Source: a virus
Direction: 5' to 3' (one strand)
DNA length: 39,041 nt
IMG/VR virus record: IMGVR_UViG_3300024581_002769
Location: 1-39,041 of that record
The notes under the pieces were generated by a model. That model was not told the DNA's origin. It did not search any database and saw only the letters and a program-made list of their open reading frames with translations. The number at the start of each line of letters is the position of its first letter. The stretch's first letter is position 1. Both the position numbers and the translations under genes were made by a program. Shown piece by piece: positions 7,671-14,436 of the stretch.

Positions 7671-8696
7671 TTAAAATGGAAAATCATTATCACTTTCTCC
7701 AAACGCTTCGTTTAAACTAGGTTTAACATCAATTATATTTGTTTTTATTATAGGCTTTATTCGTTCTTTAAAGTGAATAGAGCAGTCGGGATACTCATCT
7801 CCCTTTTCAGTTTTTTCATAATACCTTTTTTTCTTCCAGTCAAAATAAATCTTATACTTTCCTACTTTACCAATACCATTAGGCTTGGCTTTCTGTATGT
7901 ATATATGCGTTTCATTCTCTTCTATTAAATCTTCGTTTTCATCAGGATTCAAGTTAGGCAAAGGTCTATAAACTAATAACTGTAAAAATGCTCTTCTTTG
8001 CCAAACTTTACCGCCGTACCATTCATCAGCTAATGCTGGCATCTTTTTTCTTGTTCCTTTATCTTTATCAAAAAATTTAAATGTTTCTGAAACGTGATTT
8101 ACAACAAAATCAATTCTATTATTTTTAAAACACTCTTTATTTATTTTTTTTAGCATTCTGTTAATTACCTTTTCTTTGGCTTCAAAATCTTCTAAATCAT
8201 ATACTGGATCAATAACAGCGCAATCAAATTTTATATTATTTTCTTCCTCATATTTATTTAAAGATTCATAAAAACCTTTTAAAGTCATTTCCTCTTTTAT
8301 TTCTTCTATTACAAAATGATTCTCTATAAAAATGTCTGCGGCGTTTACATCTGCTTCGTTCATGGCATAATTGTTTTCACCTCCTCCATTTCTAACTTTT
8401 GAATATGGTTTACCTATATAAATTTCTCGTAATTCAGAAAATATATGTTCTGGATTACCAGCTTCTCCGAAATAACAAAAATGCTTAAATCCGTATTTCT
8501 CTGAAAGCTGTACCAACATTTCGTAAGTGAATGTACTCTTACCATGATGCGGTTCTCCTGCAACATACACAGGGTATCTTCTTGACAACATGAAATTTGT
8601 ACCCCAAGTTTGAAAACCTAAATGAACAGCCCTTAGCATTCCGTTTTCTCTTATGTCTTTTGATGCTCCCTCTACATCTTTTAAAGTAACTGCCAT
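7671..8696 (-). CDS. DnaB-like / RecA-fold replicative helicase (ATPase domain) with acidic C-terminal tail
   Basis: Walker A GEPHHGKST and Walker B-like FDCAVIDPVYD. C-terminus ESDNDFPF. Confidence 0.6.
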   Translation of the reverse strand: MAVTLKDVEGASKDIRENGMLRAVHLGFQTWGTNFMLSRRYPVYVAGEPHHGKSTFTYEMLVQLSEKYGFKHFCYFGEAGNPEHIFSELREIYIGKPYSKVRNGGGENNYAMNEADVNAADIFIENHFVIEEIKEEMTLKGFYESLNKYEEENNIKFDCAVIDPVYDLEDFEAKEKVINRMLKKINKECFKNNRIDFVVNHVSETFKFFDKDKGTRKKMPALADEWYGGKVWQRRAFLQLLVYRPLPNLNPDENEDLIEENETHIYIQKAKPNGIGKVGKYKIYFDWKKKRYYEKTEKGDEYPDCSIHFKERIKPIIKTNIIDVKPSLNEAFGESDNDFPF

Positions 8697-8698
8697 TT

Positions 8699-9076
8699 TT
8701 ATTTTATTATTAATTGTTCATTAAAAATTAAATCATCATACTTTTTGTAATAGCATGGTTCGAAGTTCTCTATATACCGTTCAGAAGTTACATTACCATT
8801 GTATATGCACGGTGAGGAGTTATATATATCCATTTCAGTAGTTACATTAGCGTTGTATATACATGGTGCGGAGTTAAATATATACCGTTCAGAAGTTACA
8901 TTACCATTGTATATGCAGGGTGCTTCGTTAACTATATACAATTCAGCAGTTACATTTACGTTGTATGTGCAGGGTGCGTAGTTCCATATATGTTCAGCAG
9001 TTACATTACCATTGTATATGCAGGGTTCGGAGTTCCATATATGTTTAGCAGTTACATCTTCGTTAATTATTTTCAT
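8699..9076 (-). CDS. 18-residue-repeat protein, copy C (6 units of 17-18 aa)
   Basis: MKIINEDVTAK start, units NVTAExxIxNxxPCIYNG, C-terminus EPCYYKKYDDLIFNEQLI. Confidence 0.75.
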   Translation of the reverse strand: MKIINEDVTAKHIWNSEPCIYNGNVTAEHIWNYAPCTYNVNVTAELYIVNEAPCIYNGNVTSERYIFNSAPCIYNANVTTEMDIYNSSPCIYNGNVTSERYIENFEPCYYKKYDDLIFNEQLIIK

Positions 9077-9189
9077 AGTAATTCATTTTAAGTTAATAAA
9101 ATTAATTTTAAGCATCAAAATATCGCTTTATATTGATTATTTATTTTTTTTAGATAAGTATATCCAATTATTATTTTAAGTGTCTTAAA

Positions 9190-9981
9190 TCACATGTATG
9201 TAATTCTATCATCGTATTTATGATTATTTTTATTTGGTTTTAAATCTTTAATCTTTAATTCCCAATCCTCATTTTCCCAATTAATCATCCAATTGCTGAA
9301 TTTTTGTTTGAATTTAGGATCAGTTTTAGAAATTCTAATATATTCAAAATAATCCGTTGTTTGCTTTCCAAATTGTTGTATTTTATTTTCTCTTATTAAA
9401 CTACTCAAAAAAGACCTTATTGTATTTTCGTTTTTAAAAGCAAAATTATCTTTTATAAATTCAATGCTTTTTATCAATTTTTTTTCTAAATCCGTATCAA
9501 TAGGTTTAGAAAGTTCTTTAAAAAAATCATCTTCTTTTTTTTCATTATTTTCATTATTATTATTATTATCATTATTATAGTGTGTTCGCTTGTTGTTCAC
9601 TTGTTGTTCACTTGTTGTTCGCTTGTTGTTCACTTGTTGTTCAATTTGATGTTCATTTTTTTGGTATTCATCCCATCTAACTATTGTTATTAGTCGGTTT
9701 TTGTTACTTGTTTGCTGTTCAATTTGCTGTTCGATTTTTTCAAAATATTTTAAAATTCTTTGAATTTTGCTTTCAGAAATTCCAGTTTCCGATGAAAGTT
9801 GTTTTCTCCCTGTTGTAAATTGACCTGGGTTACAATGTATTATTTTTCCATCGAAAAACTCCTCTTTTCCTTTGTGATTTGCTTTTAAAAGTAAATGAAT
9901 CCATAAATGCACCTTTTCACTATCTTTTGAGTAAAAAGACTTTTCAGCTAATTTCCTATGTAAGCTTATCCATCCAATCAT
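9190..9981 (-). CDS. Replication initiator / replisome-organiser-like protein (N-terminal wHTH), contains putative origin
   Basis: N-terminus MIGWISLHRKL...WIHLLLKANHKG...GQFTTGRKQLSSETGISESKIQRILKYFEK resembles phage replication-protein N-termini. Internal iterons and an AT-rich tract. Confidence 0.6.
   Translation of the reverse strand: MIGWISLHRKLAEKSFYSKDSEKVHLWIHLLLKANHKGKEEFFDGKIIHCNPGQFTTGRKQLSSETGISESKIQRILKYFEKIEQQIEQQTSNKNRLITIVRWDEYQKNEHQIEQQVNNKRTTSEQQVNNKRTHYNNDNNNNNENNEKKEDDFFKELSKPIDTDLEKKLIKSIEFIKDNFAFKNENTIRSFLSSLIRENKIQQFGKQTTDYFEYIRISKTDPKFKQKFSNWMINWENEDWELKIKDLKPNKNNHKYDDRITYM
9588..9642. repeat. Five tandem 11-bp iterons ((a/g)cttgttgttc); putative replication origin core
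   Basis: Direct read. The 11-bp period is not a multiple of 3, so it is read in all three frames (EQQ-VNN-KRT). An AT-rich run lies at 9551-9580, with two further 11-bp repeats near 9711-9732. Confidence 0.6.
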
Positions 9982-10015
9982 AGTTATAATATTATTACAT
10001 TTTTAGCAAAAAAAA

Positions 10016-10171
10016 TCACTTTAGTAATTCTTTTAACTTTTTTTCTTTTAAATAATCTAAATTTCTCTCTCCATTTAGACACATTGATAAATAAGGCTGT
10101 GAAACTCCTAGCTTATCAGCTAACCAGCTTATTTTTAAACCTTTTTCTTTTATTCTTATCTTAAAATTCAT
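10016..10171 (-). CDS. Small HTH DNA-binding protein (51 aa, Cro/XRE-like), below the ORF-track threshold
   Basis: Hand translation MNFKIRIKEKGLKISWLADKLGVSQPYLSMCLNGERNLDYLKEKKLKELLK*, with HTH core SWLADKLGVSQPYLS. Confidence 0.6.
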   Translation of the reverse strand: MNFKIRIKEKGLKISWLADKLGVSQPYLSMCLNGERNLDYLKEKKLKELLK

Positions 10172-10175
10172 AAAA

Positions 10176-10183
10176 CAAATATA
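10176..10183 (-). promoter_or_regulatory. TATATTTG -7 box immediately upstream of the HTH gene
   Basis: Exact TATATTTG, only 4 nt before the ATG at 10171, implying a leaderless or very short leader. Confidence 0.45.
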
Positions 10184-10210
10184 GTTATTTTTTTATAACT
10201 AAAATATTAA

Positions 10211-10290
10211 AAATAAAAAAAAGCCAGTTTTGAATGGAAAATCAAATAATTAACGTTTGTTTAATTAATTTTGATACTGGCTTTTTTAAT
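10211..10290 (-). terminator. Large compound hairpin flanked by A and T runs (bidirectional terminator-like)
   Basis: aagccagt (10221-10228) pairs with actggctt (10276-10283). The loop contains further palindromes (ttaattaa x2). T runs follow on both strands. Confidence 0.45.
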
Positions 10291-10318
10291 TATTTATATT
10301 TTAAAAGTTTTAATTTTT

Positions 10319-10876
10319 TTAATCGTCCAAAAGCTGTTTTTTTAACTCATTAAATGACTCTAAAGATATTTCAATTTCTTTACTATCAATCGTTATTTTC
10401 TTTTTATCATATATATAAACAAAACCTTTTCTTCCATAATCATTTAGTTTTATTTTTTTGTTAGACTCTAATTTTATAACCTCAAAAATATCTCTTCTAA
10501 TTACTACACAATCTTCACCTGTATCAAACGTGCAATTAAAACCTGTAGTAAACGTGCAATTAAAACCTGTTTTAAACGTGCAAATTTCACCTGTATTAAA
10601 CGTACAATTAGACCATGTATAAAACGTACAATCAGAACCTGTATTAAACGTACAATTAGACCATGTATAAAACGTACAATTAGACCCTGTTTTAAACGTG
10701 CAATGATGCCCCGTAGTAAACGTGCAAATAGAACCTGTTTTAAAAGTCACTCCGTTTATATTTGAAAAATCTAAAACTAAATTTCTTTCTGTTGTAGAAA
10801 ACGTTTTAGTTTTTTCACACCAAGTGTATTTACTTTTGTCTAACTGTACTCCGAATTGTGTTACTGAAAAATTCAT
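10319..10876 (-). CDS. Octapeptide-repeat, Cys-ladder protein (185 aa)
   Basis: Ten consecutive units C-T-F-x-T-(G/W)-x-x, with Cys at residues 51, 59 ... 123. Confidence 0.75.
   Translation of the reverse strand: MNFSVTQFGVQLDKSKYTWCEKTKTFSTTERNLVLDFSNINGVTFKTGSICTFTTGHHCTFKTGSNCTFYTWSNCTFNTGSDCTFYTWSNCTFNTGEICTFKTGFNCTFTTGFNCTFDTGEDCVVIRRDIFEVIKLESNKKIKLNDYGRKGFVYIYDKKKITIDSKEIEISLESFNELKKQLLDD
10508..10750 (-). repeat. Tandem 24-bp coding repeats (about 10 units)
   Basis: Direct read of aaacgt(g/a)caat...cctgt periodicity. Confidence 0.85.
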
Positions 10877-10884
10877 TTTTTTTA

Positions 10885-11010
10885 TTTTTTTAATTATTAA
10901 TTACACTGCTAAATTAAGCATTAAATCCATATAAGAAATAATTTTAACATACTTTAACATTATAGGTTGTTTGTGGTTGTTTGAACAACTTGAAACAACT
11001 AAACAACCAT
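10885..11010. repeat. About 126-bp intergenic block, near-identical to 14002-14127
   Basis: By-eye alignment shows only a handful of mismatches. Contains cassette A4 and a GTTGTT/AACAAC inverted-repeat cluster at 10965-11008. Confidence 0.85.
10909..10959 (-). promoter_or_regulatory. Class-A promoter cassette A4 (variant -7 box TAATTTAG)
   Basis: -7 box at 10909-10916, TGTTAAA repeats at 10943-10949 and 10953-10959. Exact N26 and N3 spacing. Confidence 0.55.
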
Positions 11011-11019
11011 TTATAAATA

Positions 11020-11049
11020 ATAAAACCGCACTAAATAAATAATGCGGTT
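11020..11049 (-). terminator. Rho-independent terminator
   Basis: Minus strand AACCGCA-loop-TGCGGTT followed by TTTTATTATTT. Just downstream of the 11078-11800 gene. Confidence 0.6.
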
Positions 11050-11077
11050 AATGGTTAGTTAATTAAAGATTTCTCCG

Positions 11078-11800
11078 TTATAATTGCTGTAATCTAATTT
11101 GTAGTTTTAATTCTTGAATAGTAATAGGCTTGTCATTTAAACCGCTAGAAATTAAAGGATTTACTGAAACCGTTACTTTATCTCCTTGCTTTAAATCTAA
11201 TGCTAAGGTTGATGATTTACTCTGCAAATCAACATCAGCAATAGCAATTACATTTCCAACCTCTATACCGTTAACGTTAATAGATATAAGGCAATGCGAT
11301 AACGCCAACAAACTAGCAGAATAGTTGATTTCATAAATATAATCTTTTGGAGCAGTAAAAACACCGCTTAATTCATCAAAAGAACCTCCTTCAATATTAT
11401 CAATAGTTTCAGTATAATTTGTTATAAATAAAGGATAACTTCCATTTGGATCTTCTAACCTTATATTTTTAACATATGCTTCGCTTAATTCATCCTTTTT
11501 TGAAAAGCTTATACTTTGCCATTCTATACCGTCATGAAAAAATAAACCTTGACCGTAAACAACTCCATCTTGTTCCAAATTTTCATTAGTATTGTATACT
11601 AAAAATCCTTTTTGAGGGTCTTTAATTGGGTTAACAGAATTGTCAATAATTGAATTTAACGAAACAATAGGCAAGCCTATAGCCTTATCGTTAGTTTCTG
11701 TTTTAATGTCTAATAATGTTTCTTGATGTGGCTCGTTTGTGCCGATACCTACTTGAGCTACAGATATACATGGAAGTAATGATAATAATACTTTTTTCAT
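11078..11800 (-). CDS. Secreted protein with N-terminal signal peptide (240 aa), unknown function
   Basis: MKKVLLSLLPCISVAQ/VGIGTNEP signal-peptide-like N-terminus. Followed by its own terminator. Confidence 0.7.
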   Translation of the reverse strand: MKKVLLSLLPCISVAQVGIGTNEPHQETLLDIKTETNDKAIGLPIVSLNSIIDNSVNPIKDPQKGFLVYNTNENLEQDGVVYGQGLFFHDGIEWQSISFSKKDELSEAYVKNIRLEDPNGSYPLFITNYTETIDNIEGGSFDELSGVFTAPKDYIYEINYSASLLALSHCLISINVNGIEVGNVIAIADVDLQSKSSTLALDLKQGDKVTVSVNPLISSGLNDKPITIQELKLQIRLQQL

Positions 11801-11801
11801 G

Positions 11802-12293
11802 TTATTTGTTTTTTATAAATGTTCCATTAATTGTTTTACCTTTTCTGTCTTTAATCTCATTCCATGCAATATTTAAACACTCTTTTATGGTTGTATCATT
11901 TTTTAAAGCAATAGAATGTAATATGTCAATAGCATCGTTATAATTATCAATGTAATCGAAATTTTTATAATCACTATATTCTTTAATAGAAAAACTTAAT
12001 AAATTGTTTAATTCAATAAATAATTCTTTAGAATCAAGATTTTTTATTTTAATTAAATTTTCCTCTTCTATATCTAATGATTCATAAATTTGATTGTCAA
12101 AAATAATAATAGTTACTAATATATCCCCTATACTATCCTTAATCAAATCAATATCATTTTTTAAAATACCTCTTGCCAATTCTCCTGTTTCCTCTATTAT
12201 TTTAAGGTATTGAGATTTTGAATCTTTTAAATTTTTCTCTTTTCCCCAATCAATTATCAATGATTGTAATTCTTTTAATTGTAATTCTTCCAT
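11802..12293 (-). CDS. mazG: MazG-like nucleoside triphosphate pyrophosphohydrolase
   Basis: IIEETGELARG (EExxE metal-binding helix) and DSIGDILVTIII second helix. Confidence 0.7.
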   Translation of the reverse strand: MEELQLKELQSLIIDWGKEKNLKDSKSQYLKIIEETGELARGILKNDIDLIKDSIGDILVTIIIFDNQIYESLDIEEENLIKIKNLDSKELFIELNNLLSFSIKEYSDYKNFDYIDNYNDAIDILHSIALKNDTTIKECLNIAWNEIKDRKGKTINGTFIKNK

Positions 12294-12296
12294 TTT

Positions 12297-12617
12297 TTAT
12301 ATTTCTTTATATTCAACAACTTGTTTGTAAACTTTATATCCGTGTTTTTTTAAAAAATTAGCACATTCTTTTATTTTTAATTCTAAAGATGTTTCATCTG
12401 TATTATATTTGATTTCACATTTTTGTTTTTTTACCCATGTTTTTGACCCTTTAAATTGATTGTCGCAATATCTCTTTAAGAAATTGTAGTTTTTTGCATT
12501 TAAAATTATTTGTTTTTGTACTCCTTTTTGTTTTAATATATTATTAAAATAATTAGAAGAAAACACTTTTGGACATTCTTGTAAAGCTTCAAGCCTTAAT
12601 TCATTAAAAGTTTTCAT
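12297..12617 (-). CDS. Hypothetical protein, 106 aa
   Basis: ORF with ATG start, in an operon. Confidence 0.55.
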   Translation of the reverse strand: MKTFNELRLEALQECPKVFSSNYFNNILKQKGVQKQIILNAKNYNFLKRYCDNQFKGSKTWVKKQKCEIKYNTDETSLELKIKECANFLKKHGYKVYKQVVEYKEI

Positions 12618-12856
12618 TTTTTATACTTGTTTTTAAATTCTTCTTCTTTTGTTTTTTGTAGCAAATTCATAACTGAAACCCTTTGTAAAACGTTCATTTT
12701 TTTATAATCAACCCATTCATTAAGTGGCTTCATTACTCTCTCTTGTGTCTTATAATCTACTCCGTAGTCTATTGTTACTAATTGAGTAGTGTTGTTCTTT
12801 CTGTTGAATATATTAATACCTCCAGAACAATAACTGCTTTTATACGTTTTTATCAT
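12614..12856 (-). CDS. Hypothetical protein, 80 aa
   Basis: ORF with 4-nt overlaps to both neighbours. Confidence 0.5.
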   Translation of the reverse strand: MIKTYKSSYCSGGINIFNRKNNTTQLVTIDYGVDYKTQERVMKPLNEWVDYKKMNVLQRVSVMNLLQKTKEEEFKNKYKK

Positions 12857-13230
12857 GATAAAATTAATTTTCTATTAAAAATTTTTTGTAATTTGTGTCC
12901 TTTATTTTTATACCATTCTATGCATTTATGTACTGATCTTCTTGACCCACTATATGGATAATAATCATTATCAAATAAACATTTATAACTATAATTGTTA
13001 AATTCTTTTATATACTCTTTTTTAAAATCCTTTTGCTTTTTTTCTACAAAAATAGCTTCATTTAAAGGTATGGCATCCGTTCCAAAATGCATTTTAACAA
13101 CTAAAAAATTCTCTCCCTTTTCCATTGTTTTGGCTAAAACAACTTTTTCGTACTCTTCCATTGCTAATATACCTAAACTTGGTACATCAATCTCATAAAT
13201 GAATTTTATTTTATCTCCTATTTTAATCAT
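12853..13230 (-). CDS. Hypothetical protein, 125 aa
   Basis: ORF with ATG start. Confidence 0.55.
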   Translation of the reverse strand: MIKIGDKIKFIYEIDVPSLGILAMEEYEKVVLAKTMEKGENFLVVKMHFGTDAIPLNEAIFVEKKQKDFKKEYIKEFNNYSYKCLFDNDYYPYSGSRRSVHKCIEWYKNKGHKLQKIFNRKLILS

Positions 13231-13681
13231 TTTTTATTTTTTTTAATTCTTTATTAATTCTTTTGCTTTTAGACTCTAAGTATTTTAAATCTTTATTAAT
13301 TAAATAAATTAATCTTTCAGGTGTCTGTGAATTTGGTAGTAAATAAAAACTCAATAAAAAAATATCATTATCTATTTTATCTAATGATTTTTCAAGTAAT
13401 TCTTTTCTTTGAATATTATCAAATATACACTCGTAAACTGTTACTTTATTGTTTGATCTAGTGCTTATTTTACTTTCTTCACATTCTTTTATATAACAAG
13501 TTTCTTTTAATTCAGTAATTCGACCGCTTATTTCATTCTTATTAACTCCAATCTCATTAATTATATCATCTAAAGAACATTTAACAAGTCTTTTTATTAC
13601 TTTATAAACTTCTTTTCTTTTTGATGGTAGATTGTCTATTAATGAGTTGAAAGTGTTGTTTCTGTTTTGTATTGATTTCAT
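13223..13681 (-). CDS. Putative winged-helix DNA-binding protein, 152 aa
   Basis: KEVYKVIKRL..CSLDDIINEIGVNKNEISGRITELKETCYIKE looks like a MarR-type wHTH. Weak call. Confidence 0.45.
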   Translation of the reverse strand: MKSIQNRNNTFNSLIDNLPSKRKEVYKVIKRLVKCSLDDIINEIGVNKNEISGRITELKETCYIKECEESKISTRSNNKVTVYECIFDNIQRKELLEKSLDKIDNDIFLLSFYLLPNSQTPERLIYLINKDLKYLESKSKRINKELKKIKND

Positions 13682-14001
13682 AGTAATTCAGCATTAAAAA
13701 TTAAATCATCATACTTTTTGTAATAGCAGGGTTCGGAGTTAAATATATCCCATCCAGCAGTTACATTACCGTTGTATGTGCATGGTGCGGAGTTAAATAT
13801 ACACCTTTTAGCAATTACATTTGCTTTGTATATGCACGGTGCGGAGTTATATATAGACCTTCCAGCAGTTACATTATCATTGTATATGCAGGGTGCGTAG
13901 TTAGCTATATACCTTTCAGTAGTTACATTACCGTTGTATATGCAGGGTGCTTTGTTTTGTATAGACAATTCAGAATTTACATTTGCATTAATTATTTTCA
14001 T
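13678..14001 (-). CDS. 18-residue-repeat protein, copy D (5 units)
   Basis: MKIINANV start, family units, C-terminus EPCYYKKYDDLIFNAELL. Confidence 0.75.
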   Translation of the reverse strand: MKIINANVNSELSIQNKAPCIYNGNVTTERYIANYAPCIYNDNVTAGRSIYNSAPCIYKANVIAKRCIFNSAPCTYNGNVTAGWDIFNSEPCYYKKYDDLIFNAELL

Positions 14002-14127
14002 TTTTTTAATTATTAATTACACTGCTAAATTAAGCATTAAATCCATATAAGAAATAATTTTAACATACTTTAACATTATAGGTTGTTTTTGGTTGTCTAA
14101 ACAACTTGAAACAACTAAACAACCATA
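14002..14127. repeat. About 126-bp intergenic block, near-identical to 10885-11010
   Basis: By-eye alignment. Contains cassette A5 and a GTTGTT/AACAAC cluster at 14081-14124. Confidence 0.85.
14025..14075 (-). promoter_or_regulatory. Class-A promoter cassette A5 (variant -7 box TAATTTAG)
   Basis: -7 box at 14025-14032, TGTTAAA repeats at 14059-14065 and 14069-14075. Exact spacing. Confidence 0.55.
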
Positions 14128-14160
14128 AAAAACCCCAATTTAACCGAAGTCAAAAAGGGG
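14127..14160 (-). terminator. Rho-independent terminator with UUCG loop
   Basis: Minus strand CCCCUUUUUGAC-UUCG-GUUAAAUUGGGG followed by U6. Confidence 0.6.
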
Positions 14161-14188
14161 AAAGAAATGAAATATAAAAGGTTTTTAC

Positions 14189-14425
14189 TTAAATTTCACT
14201 TGTAAAATCTTTTCCATCCTCTACCATTTTATAAGAATTACAACAATCATCTTTATAAACTTTGTAAAAAGGAATATTATTTAACCCTAAATATATATAA
14301 TTATCATCTTCTAAAATGGTGTCTAAATATGATTTTAAATTATTTACATATAAAGTTAACTCAGCTTTGTATTAATTACTTACAGAACGTAGCCAAACTC
14401 CATTACATATATCGTTTTTTATCAT
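14189..14425 (-). pseudogene. 78-codon reading frame interrupted by one in-frame TAA (codon 18)
   Basis: Hand translation MIKNDICNGVWLRSVSN*YKAELTLYVNNLKSYLDTILEDDNYIYLGLNNIPFYKVYKDDCCNSYKMVEDGKDFTSEI*. No start codon follows the stop until near the end. Confidence 0.45.
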
Positions 14426-14436
14426 TACTTATATTT

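Noticed and set aside
9077-9189. Promoter call upstream of repeat copy C.
   Set aside because: The best candidate (GATATTTTG) does not fit TAnnTTTG, and no TGTTAAA heptamers are present, so no promoter could be supported.
1748-14001. Possibility that the 54-bp or 24-bp tandem repeats are CRISPR arrays.
   Set aside because: The units are contiguous without unique spacers, diverge gradually like coding repeats, sit in ORFs with conserved termini, and no cas genes are present.
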